19,915 nucleotides of DNA from Octopus sinensis (taxonomy: Eukaryota), in the NCBI RefSeq assembly GCF_006345805.1, contig NW_021824102.1:1-19915 (forward strand), given 5' to 3'. This document shows, one piece after another, positions 1 to 8,324 of this stretch. Position 1 is the stretch's first letter. Each line of letters starts with the position of its first letter. Made by a program: the position numbers and the translations under genes. Below the pieces are notes generated by a model that was not told the DNA's origin, ran no database searches, and was given only the letters and a program-made list of their open reading frames with translations.

Positions 1-158
1 TTATATATATATTAAAATATATTATATTATATTATAAAATATAATATTATATATATTATATATAAAATATATTATATATTATAAAATATAATATTATATA
101 TATAATATTATAAAATATATATATATTTATAAAATATAATATTATATATATATTATAT
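1..158. repeat. A/T-only low-complexity repeat
   Basis: Only A and T; the motif ATAAAATATAATATTATATATA recurs among TA runs. Confidence 0.9.
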
Positions 159-500
159 GTAGTGAAGGCACATGGCTCAGTGGTTAGAGCATCGAGCTTA
201 CGATCATGAGGTTGTGAGCTCGAATGCCGGACCGGGCTACGTGTTGTATTCTTGAGCAAGGCACTTTATTTCACGTTGCTCCAGTTCACTCAGCTGTAGA
301 AATGAGTTGCGACATCTCTGGTGCCAAGCTGTATCGACCTTTGTCTTTCCCTTGGATAACACTGGTGGCGTGGAGAGGGGAGGCTGGTATGCATGGGCGA
401 CTGCTGGTCTTCCATAAACAACTTCGCCCGGACTTGTGTCTAGGAGGGTAACTTTCTAGGTGCAATCCCATGGTCTGTGTCATGACCGAAGGGGATCTCC
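159..500 (+). mobile_element. tRNA-derived SINE with a CORE-like central domain
   Basis: A box TGGCTCAGTGG at 173-183 and a degenerate B box (GAGCTCGAATGCC). These are followed by GTATTCTTGAGCAAGGCACTTTATTTCACGTTGCTCCAGTTCACTCAGCTGTAGAAATG, which resembles the CORE domain of MIR-like SINEs (recalled consensus). Ends in a TA tract. Confidence 0.85.
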
Positions 501-572
501 GATATATTATATATATATATATATATATTATAGTATATTACATTATATATATATATATATATTATGTATATG
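501..572. repeat. Interrupted (TA)n microsatellite
   Basis: Direct reading. Confidence 0.9.
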
Positions 573-574
573 TA

Positions 575-1421
575 CAAGGTCTGATCAATAAGTATCCGGA
601 TTGTTGCCATAGTAACAAAGCTATAGCATAAAAAGTGAAGCCACTTGACACAGATTGACCTTGAAGTCTGCTGTGCACTAAGTTTAACATTCTAGCTCAC
701 TTCCACTGTTTACAGCTGTGCTTGGAAGGAACCATGACAGAGAAAGTTGAGCAGAGAATCTGCATGAAATTTTGCCAAAAGATTGGAGATGCTGCTCAGA
801 GGCCTACACAAAGTTTTCAAAAAGTTTTCATTGTACTCAATACACAAAAAGGACATCTTGTACAACTGAAACCCAAATGACCTTTTGGTCAGCTGAAAGC
901 AGTTTTGGCACAAACTTGGTAGACATGCATCTCGTACCCAAATCTTCAATGATAATGGACTGAACTGAACCATAACTAATCTGCACATTCTCTGATAACT
1001 CACAGATGGTGATTCCACAATTTCTCCTCACAGCTGCAAGCACATCTCTAATGTTTTTCTCAGTTCCATTGGTTTTGGGTCTCAGAACGTTCGTCACTAT
1101 CGACATTTTTCAGCCATCTTGAAAACATTTGAACCACTCGTACACTTGTGTGCAGCTCATACACTCCTCTCCATACACTTTCTGCAACTTTGCGTAGGTC
1201 TCTGAGCAGGTATCGCCATGACAACTTTCTCTGTCATGGTCAATGAATGATCACACACTACACACGTTCCTTCCAAGCACTGCTGTGGAAGTGAGTGAAC
1301 GTTAAAACTTAGTGTACATGCACAGCAGAGTGCAAGGTGTATTTGTGCCAAGCAGCTTCACTCTGCATGCTCTAGCTTCATTACTATGGCATCAGTCCGG
1401 ATACTTATTGATCAGACCTTG
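575..1421 (-). mobile_element. Non-autonomous mariner derivative with two 5' ends (long inverted arms)
   Basis: TA at 573-574 and 1422-1423. Terminal 26 bp are perfect inverted repeats (CAAGGTCTGATCAATAAGTATCCGGA). Imperfect inverted homology continues about 240 bp and includes ATGACAGAGAAAGTTG in both arms (+734 and -1237). Confidence 0.9.
812..1237 (-). pseudogene. Mariner transposase N-terminal half (HTH region and linker), frameshifted
   Basis: Fragments MTEKV..., QKVYGEECMS, YEWFKCFQDG, ITICELSENVQISYGSVQSIIIEDLG, KFVPKLLSADQK and NENFLKT. Breaks off just before the expected first catalytic motif (ITGDETW-like). Confidence 0.85.
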
Positions 1422-1664
1422 TACATATATTTAACATTAAACTGAAGCATTAACACTTTTTAATAGAGTACATATTTATTAACATTTAGAAGAAAAAGGC
1501 TGAATGACTTCAAAATTTTGGCTTGCTCACCTTCATCACACGTGTTAAAACTTTTCTTCTTCATCATCTTTCTTATCACTTACATCATATACATAAACAC
1601 ACACACATTTGTTGAAACCCCTTACTATACAGTCTAAAGAAGGCAAGCAACTTTTTCTTATAAA

Positions 1665-1668
<4 letters not shown>

Positions 1669-1712
<44 letters not shown>

Positions 1713-1728
1713 ATTATATATATATATT
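1669..1728. repeat. (TA)n microsatellite
   Basis: Direct reading. Confidence 0.95.
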
Positions 1729-2136
1729 AAAGTCCCAGAAGAATAGAAAGATGGGGTATTTCCAGTGCAGCACTCAACCAAAGCTTGAGGTTATCTACAC
1801 TACTGAACTGTGGTCTTGAGTAAGATTGCAACTCTTCTGGTTTACAAAATCTTGGTATCACATCAGTAAAACCAATGTGTGGGTGTAGCAAAGAGTAAAA
1901 TATAATCTAAAACACATCTTTAATGACCAGTTACAATTGTTTCTGTACCACTCTGTTTTTAATGCCATTTCATGCCAATGTTCAATGTGAGAAGTTACAT
2001 AATATTTGTTGCTTTAAACACTTGAGTGGCACTTCATGAAACTTGCATAAAAGGTGTGTTCTTACACTGTGCATCTGTGAAGCTTATATTGGGAGGAAAC
2101 AAGATGTATAGATAAAAATATAATTAAGAAATGGCA

Positions 2137-2176
2137 GAGTTCAACACCCTAACCACTAAGCCACACACCTCCACAT
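2137..2176 (-). mobile_element. SINE tRNA-head remnant
   Basis: Minus strand reads TGTGGAGGTGTGTGGCTTAGTGGTTAGGGTGTTGAACTC, with an A box TGGCTTAGTGG like the other SINE heads here. No B box or body. Confidence 0.55.
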
Positions 2177-2199
2177 GTATGTGTACATATATATATATA

Positions 2200-3422
2200 T
2201 CAGATCATTAAGAATGAAATGTCCGATTTTCGTATGCACCAAGTTTGAAAGTCGTTAACTCTAATATTTTATCCTGACAAATTCTTTGTTTTAGAACATT
2301 GAAGAGTTACATCATCATTTTCCGAAATGCAAATTCATTGTGTCTGATTATATTGTGAGTTTTCTCTTGTAAATCATTTTTTGTGAACTAATGGACAGAT
2401 AAAATATTCATTTTGTTTATGAATATGAATTCTGTTGTGGAAGCAATGCATCCCAGACAACTCGAAACATCAATGAGGCGTTTGGTGAAGATGTGGCAAA
2501 TGAGCAGACTGTACGTCGATGGTTGAGAAAGTCCAGTCTGGTGACTTTACTCTTGGGAACCAGCTCCATGGTAGACCTGAAACCAAGGTGGATAATGACG
2601 AGCTGGAAACTGTAGTGGAACCAGATACATCTCAAACCAGGCGTGAGTTAGCAACAAGGTTTGAGGTTTTGATTCCAACTGTATTGAACCATCTGAAACA
2701 AATCAGCAAGGTAAAGAAGCTGGACAAGTGGGTACCACATGAATTAAATGAGCATCTTGAAACTTGCTGTTTTTTGCTGACATGGCATAAAAGCAAACCA
2801 TTTTTGCATTGTATTGTTACATGTGATGAAAAATGGATTCTTTTCAACAATAGCAAGCATCCTGCACAGTGGTTGGATAGAGACAAAGTGACAAAACACA
2901 ACCTAAAAAAGAATATTCACCAAAAGAACTAACGGTGTCTGTTTGGTGGTCCAGCACTGGTGTCATCCACTACAGCTTCATGAGAACTGGTAAATCAATT
3001 ACAGCAGATGTATACATCAACCAATTGGTTGAAATGATGAGTAAACTTGCAATCAAACAACCAAGACTGGTCAACAGAGACAGGCTAATTCTCTTGCACA
3101 ACATGTTACATTGACCACATGTTACACAAAGAATCCTACTGAAGTTGAAAGTACTCCATCATCCATCATATTCACCAGACCTTGCACCAACTGACTATCA
3201 CGTTTTCCAGGCATTAGACAACTTTTTGCAAGTAAAAAACTTCAAATCTGAGGATGCAAAAACAGCCATTCATGATTCCATCACCTCTTGCGCTGCAGAA
3301 TTCTTCAATGTCAACATAAATAAGCTACTGATAAAATGGCAAAATTGTGTTCACAATTTAGCTGCATTGCTTTTTGATGAGATAAAGTAAAATAAAGTTT
3401 CATTTCATTCTTAATGATCTGA
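2200..3422 (+). mobile_element. Near-full-length mariner (1223 bp), Hsmar1/cecropia-like, inactive
   Basis: 22-bp perfect TIRs TCAGATCATTAAGAATGAAATG (2200-2221 and 3401-3422), TA on both flanks (2198-2199 and 3423-3424), and an internal transposase. Confidence 0.95.
2391..3390 (+). pseudogene. Mariner transposase pseudogene
   Basis: ATG at 2391. Motifs SGDFTL, KKLDKWVPHEL, CIVTCDEKW and HHPSYSPDLAPTDYHVF. The second-Asp motif (HDNARPH) is degraded to CACAACATGTTACATTGACCACAT. Several frameshifts and stops. Confidence 0.95.
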
Positions 3423-3428
3423 TATGTA

Positions 3429-4220
3429 CAGGGTGCAATGGGTAAATTGTCACCATCTTATATTCTCAATTTTGCACGTGTGCATTGTTTATTTTTGACT
3501 CTCTTGACTACACAGTATAGTAGAGTTAGTTGTGCACCATGACACAATTGATTCTGCTTGGCATTTGTGCTGGAAGCTCCAATACAAACATTTCAGAGTG
3601 ATTGGGTGTCAATCTGCGGACATGTACCGAGAGTGATAAAAATCAAACATCCAGTCATCATCAAGGTGTCTTGAGTTATCACTAGTGATGGTGACATTAT
3701 GCCTCCATTCATCCTCACAGATGATCTCAGACTCATCATGGAGGCCTACATCAAGTGCCTGGAGGAGGTAGTGCTGCCCTGGGTCAAGAGGGTAGCTGGC
3801 AAGAGGACTCTGCACCATTCCACACATACAACAGAACCCAGTCATGGCTATCGGATAATTTCCATGACCACACCACCCCTAACATCTGGCTACCTAACTC
3901 CTCAGACTGCAACTGCCTTGATTATTATGTGTGGGGCTCAGTTGAGAAAGAGACCAACAAAACTCCTTGTAACACCAAAGCATTCACCAACTGGCAGCAT
4001 TCACCAACTTAAACAAGGAGACCGCCCAGAAGAGTTGCAGCAGATTCCAAAGTCGTCTGGAGGCTGTGGTGAAGCCAATGGCGATTTTATTGAATAAATC
4101 TACTCTTTAGTATTTCAAGATATTTTAATGTAATTTTGGTAAATACATCTGTTAAAATGAGATGTCAGTGTTATTTTCATTTTTGCGTAACTTAGACAAC
4201 AATATATTCACAGCACCCTG
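3429..4220 (+). mobile_element. Internally deleted DD37D (maT/Bmmar1-like) Tc1-mariner element
   Basis: Imperfect TIRs CAGGGTGCAATGGGTAAATTGT and CAGGGTGCTGTGAATATATTGT (17/22 identical). TA on the left, TG on the right. Only the catalytic C-terminal part of the transposase remains. Confidence 0.85.
3620..4097 (+). pseudogene. DD37D transposase C-terminal fragment
   Basis: VITSDGDIMPPFI...AYIKCLEEVVLPWVKRVAG, then in another frame WQEDSAPFHT...IWLPNSSDCNCLDYYVW. Counted by hand, 37 residues separate the D of EDSAP and the D of LDYY. Confidence 0.85.
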
Positions 4221-4266
4221 TGTATGTGTGTATGTGTGTGCATACATATATATATATATATATCTA

Positions 4267-4435
4267 TCATCATCATCATCATCATTTAGCATCTGCTTTC
4301 CATGCTAGCATGGGTTGGATGGTCGGTTTGACTGGGGTCTGGGAAGCCAGGAGGTTGCACCAGGCCCAGTCTGATCTGGCAATGTTTCTACGGCTGGATG
4401 CCCTTCCTAACGCCAACCACTCCGTGAGTGTAGTG
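4267..4435 (-). mobile_element. RTE LINE 3' terminal fragment (copy A) with (TGA)n tail
   Basis: Matches the 3' end of the RTE at 5941-6080: GGATGCCCTTCCTAAC, GCTAGCATGGG and a (CAT)n tail on the + strand. Confidence 0.85.
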
Positions 4436-4466
<31 letters not shown>

Positions 4467-4498
4467 CACACCCCTACAAATATACACACACACGTGTG

Positions 4499-4540
<42 letters not shown>
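4436..4540. repeat. Compound (TA)n/(CA)n microsatellite
   Basis: Direct reading. Confidence 0.9.
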
Positions 4541-4543
<3 letters not shown>

Positions 4544-4605
4544 GCTAGAAAATGGAATGCATAATATTATTTAAAATCACTACAATCGTCTCAACACATT
4601 TTTAC

Positions 4606-5400
4606 ACCTTGATCATTGATTGTTGCATTAGGTAGTAACAATTCAAAGGGAATTACTCCTTTGCAATCCCACCAGATGGAGAGAAGAACCTTTTTCCCAT
4701 GAAGTTCCCTTCTCGGTTGTGGTTGAGCTTTTTACCTTTTACCAAGCCACTGTTTACAATGTTTAACATTTCAATAGAAGATCCATTTTTTGTCACCAGT
4801 CACAAGTCTATCCAAAAAGGGTGAAATGAGTTTGCGAGAATGGAGAGAAGAGCCGATGTCAACTCAGGATTTGCGGTTGCTTTCGGACAATTCATGAGGC
4901 ACCCACTTTTCAAGTTGTTGAAGATGATGATGAACAGTTGTATGGTTTGAACTAAGCTTTTATTGCCAATTCTTCAACTGATAATGCAGGATATTCTTAA
5001 AGTAATGCCTCAAGGAGCTTATCATCAAACTCAACTGGATGTCCTGTTCGATCTTCATCTTCAAGGCTGAAATCTCCACTTCTGAATTTTGGAAACCATC
5101 TTCTGCAAGTTCTTTCCCATAAACTGAGTGCATGTTTCGAGTCACTTTGGCTGCAGTTTCCTTTTTTGTACTCATAAAGCATTATGTGCCTTAAATGCTC
5201 TTTGGATACTTCCATGTTAGGAAGAGTTTTAATCAAAGAAATTTTAATTCTATTATTCTGTAAAATAATATTTAATTAGTTCAAATGTACACAAATGCTT
5301 AAGGATAATTTTTAATTCCATTAGACATTCTAAAATATTATTAAATTTCATTCAATTTTTAAAAAAGGTAAAATCATACAGAACTTATGGGATGACCTGA
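4606..5400 (-). mobile_element. 3'-truncated mariner with 5' TIR
   Basis: 5' end TA|TCAGGTCATCCCATAAGTTCTG at 5402-5379 and ATG at 5215. Fragments MEVSKEHLRHIMLYEYKKGN, WFPKFRSGDFSLEDEDRTG, EKWVPHELS, LVTGDKKWIF and SIWWDCKGVI. No matching 3' TIR found. Confidence 0.9.
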
Positions 5401-5424
5401 TATATATATATATATATATATATA
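5401..5424. repeat. (TA)12 between two TA-targeting transposon ends
   Basis: Direct reading. Confidence 0.95.
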
Positions 5425-5552
5425 CAGTGTAGTCTCCTGGTATTCATGAGGGTTACATTCCTAGAGTACCTGCAAATAGTGAAAAACCACGAATATTGGA
5501 CGTTGTCCATAAAAATGCCTATAAATGTCAAAATATAACGTAAAATATTATA
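5425..5552 (-). mobile_element. pogo/Tigger terminal segment (probable 3' end of the element at 8325-10260)
   Basis: TA|CAGTGTAGTCTCCTGGTATTCATGAGGGTTACATTCC...GAAAAACCACGAATA resembles Tigger/MER2-type termini (recalled). The AT-rich subterminal sequence appears to resume at 8325. The linkage is inferred. Confidence 0.65.
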
Positions 5553-5554
5553 TA

Positions 5555-5940
5555 CTAGCAGTATCCCCAGGCATTGCTCGGGTTTGTTTTGACCCTTTAC
5601 AATTGGAATTTTTGAAAAGTAAAAACTTTGCATTATGTAGCTTGTTATTCTCTTTCAGTGAACATTTTTCTGACTGAAATACACCAAAAAATGACGACAC
5701 AGCAGTCAAAAAATCGTTAAAAATAGGGATTTTCATAGAAAAAAAGCACCTTTTTGATGTAAATAATTTTTGGTGTTAACATGGTCCGATTTGAATTTTT
5801 TCTTCTATGGAAGGAAGAATAAGCCTTTTTCTATCATACTCTCAATTTTGGTCAACTTGCACTGCAGGGTCTCGGAAGAGATAGTGTTAGTTGAAGGCTG
5901 CCAAACCTGCCACACACAGACAACTTCAGCTTTATATATA
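5555..5940 (-). mobile_element. Short non-autonomous Helitron-like element
   Basis: On the minus strand it ends in an imperfect GC-rich hairpin CCCGAGCAATGCCTGGGG, then about 6 nt, then CTAG followed by T. It starts TATATATAAAGCTGAAGTTGTC; the expected 5' TC is missing where the RTE tail abuts. No coding capacity. Confidence 0.65.
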
Positions 5941-6077
5941 TCATCATCATCATTTAACGTCCGCTAGCATGGGCTGGACGATTTGACAGAGGTCTGGCGA
6001 ACCAGACTCCAATCTGATCTGGCAGAGTTTCTACAGCTGGATGCCCTTCCTAACACCAACCACTCCGAGAGTGTAGT

Positions 6078-6380
6078 GAGTGCTGTTATGTTCCACCGGT
6101 ACGAGGGCCGGTTTGGTGGTACTGGCAACGGCCACGCTCAAATGGTGCTTTTTATGTGCCACCTGCACAGGAGCCAGTCCAGCGGCACTGGCAACGATCT
6201 CACTCGAATGTTCTTTTCATGTGCCACCAGCACAAGTGCCAGTAAGGCAACACAGGTGACAACCACACTCGAATGGTGTTTTTAACTTGCCATCGGCACG
6301 AAGGCCAGCTTGTTGCTCTAGCAATGATCTCACTCATATGGTACTCTTAGTGCCCAACTAGCAACGGATGCCAGTTACCG
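6078..6380 (-). repeat. Four 65-66 bp tandem units plus a partial fifth in the RTE 3' UTR
   Basis: Units start at 6078, 6144, 6210, 6275 and 6340. Consensus is like GGTGCTTTTTATGTGCCACC-GCAC...GCCAGT...ACTGGCAAC...CACTCGAAT. Confidence 0.8.
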
Positions 6381-6505
6381 AGTTTGATTTCGACTTCGAT
6401 TTCACTTGCCTCAACTGGTCTTCGCAAGCAGAGTTTAGTGTCCAATGAAGAAAAGGCACGCATAAGTGGACTGGTTACCCCCTAGCATAAGCCACAAGGT
6501 TATGG

Positions 6506-8324
6506 TCACACTTGCACTTGCCGAGTCTTCTGCAGCACAGCATATTTCCAGAGGTCCCGGTCACTAGTCATTGCCTTGGTGAGGCCCAATGTTTTAAGAT
6601 CATGCTTCACCACTTCATCCCAGGTCTTCCTGGGTCTACCTCTTCCACGGGTTCCCTCAACTGCTAGGGTGTGGAACTTTTTCACACAGCTATCCTCATC
6701 CATTCTCACCACATGACCATACCAGCGCAAACGTCTCTCTTGCACACCACATCTGATGCTTCTTAGGTCCAACTTTTCTCTCAGAGTACTAACACTCAGT
6801 CAAGTATGCACACTGGCATTACACAACCATCGGAGCATGCTGGCTTCATTCCTTGCGAGCTTACGCATATCCTCAGCAGTCAAAGCCCATGTTTCACTGC
6901 CATGTAGCATGGTTGTTTGTACACATGCGTCATACAGTCTACCTTTTACTCTGAACGAGAGACCCTTCACCAGCAGAGGTAAGAGCTCTCTGAACTTTGC
7001 CCAGGCTATTCTTATTCTAGCAGTTACACTTTCAGTGCACCCTCCTCTGCTACTGATTTGATCACCTAGGTAACGGAAGCTATCAACTACTTCTAGTTAT
7101 TTCTCCCTGGAATGTGGCGGAAGTTGTTCTCTGCACATTTTCAGTGTTATATATAGCTCCCGAGCATCTGCTACATACAAAAACTATCTTCCCAGTTAGC
7201 CTTCCTTTGATATTGCTGCACCTCTTATGTATCCATAGCTTACACTGGGTACATCTTATAGAGTTTCTACCTACACCTTTTCTACAGAGCGAGCAGGGCC
7301 ATCTACCTGAAGGGATTTGTGGTTTGCCTGCCTTCCTACATATTAGGACTTTGGTTTTAGCTAGGTTGACTCTAAGGCCCTTAGATTCTAATCCTTCTTT
7401 CCCCACTTGAAACTTCTCCTCCAGTTCTGATAGTGATTCAGCAATTAGAGCAAGGTCATCAGCATAGAGGAGCTCTCTGGGGCATCCTGTCTTGAATTCC
7501 TCCGTAATTGCCTGGAGGACTATGATAAATAAAAGGGGTCTGAGGACTGAACCTTGGTGGACCCCTACCTGTACCCTGAACTCTTCACTGTACTCGTTAC
7601 CAACCCTCACCTTACTTACAGCGTCCCTGTACATGGCTTGCACGGCTCTCACTAACCATTTATCTATCCCTAGTTTCCTCATTGACCACCAGATAAGGTA
7701 CATGGGGCTTATCTTTGGCTAGGTATTTCTCCTGCAACTGTCTAACCAGAAATATAGCATCAGTGGTGCTTTTCCCTGGCACAACCAAACTGCATCTCAT
7801 CTAAACTAACTCTCTCTCTAATTAGTTGGGCTATGACCCTCTCAGTGATCTTCATTACCTAATCCAACAGCTTGATACCTCTGTAATTATTTGTATCTAA
7901 AGCATCACCTTTTCCTTTGTAGCAGTTGACTATAGTGCTGCTACACCAGTCATTGGGTATGACTCCTTTGTGTATCACCTGGTTAACTATACGGATAACT
8001 AGGCTATAGGCAACGCTGCCAGATATTTTGAGCATCTCTGCAGTAATTCCTGATGGGCCGGGGGCTTTCCCTGTCTTCATACCTCTAATTGCCTTATCTA
8101 CCAAGGTACTGTCAACTCAGATAGCTGGTCCCTCTGCTGGGTTGACATTCGGTAGACTCTCTTTCTCCCATTCATTTTCTTTATTCAGCAACCTTTCATA
8201 GTGGCGTCTCCAAACCTCTCTCTTTGCAGCCCCATTTAGTGCAAGAGAACCATCATCCATGCGGACACATTTCTCTCCTACAACACGATTCTCACACACT
8301 GTCTTGTTACACGAAATACCTCAA
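6506..8324 (-). pseudogene. RTE ORF2 pseudogene (RT, PHD-like finger, C-terminal domain)
   Basis: KAPGPSGITAEML, NYRGIKLL, QFG..PGKSTTDAIF, GVHQGSVL.PLLF and LLYADD (7455-7466). The AFVDxEKAFD motif is missing at about 7700 (small deletion). Several stops and frameshifts. Confidence 0.95.

Larger units (their letters stand above)
5941..8324 (-). mobile_element. 5'-truncated RTE-clade LINE (copy B) with full 3' UTR and (TGA)n tail
   Basis: Linker, RT, Cys-rich domain, RTE-type C-terminus (RRLRWYGHVVRM...GRGRPRKTW), an approximately 560-bp 3' UTR and a (CAT)n tail on +. Confidence 0.95.

Noticed and set aside
165-240. tRNA gene at the SINE heads (also 13325-13396)
   Set aside because: The boxes are degenerate, I could not build a full cloverleaf with an acceptor stem, and each head runs into a SINE body.
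2391-3390. Active or domesticated mariner transposase (SETMAR-like)
   Set aside because: Multiple frameshifts and stops, a destroyed second-Asp motif, retained TIRs and no SET domain.
4541-4605. Possible Penelope-like terminal remnant (also about 1900-1950)
   Set aside because: Only a vague resemblance over a few dozen bases; no GIY-YIG or RT sequence and no ribozyme core.
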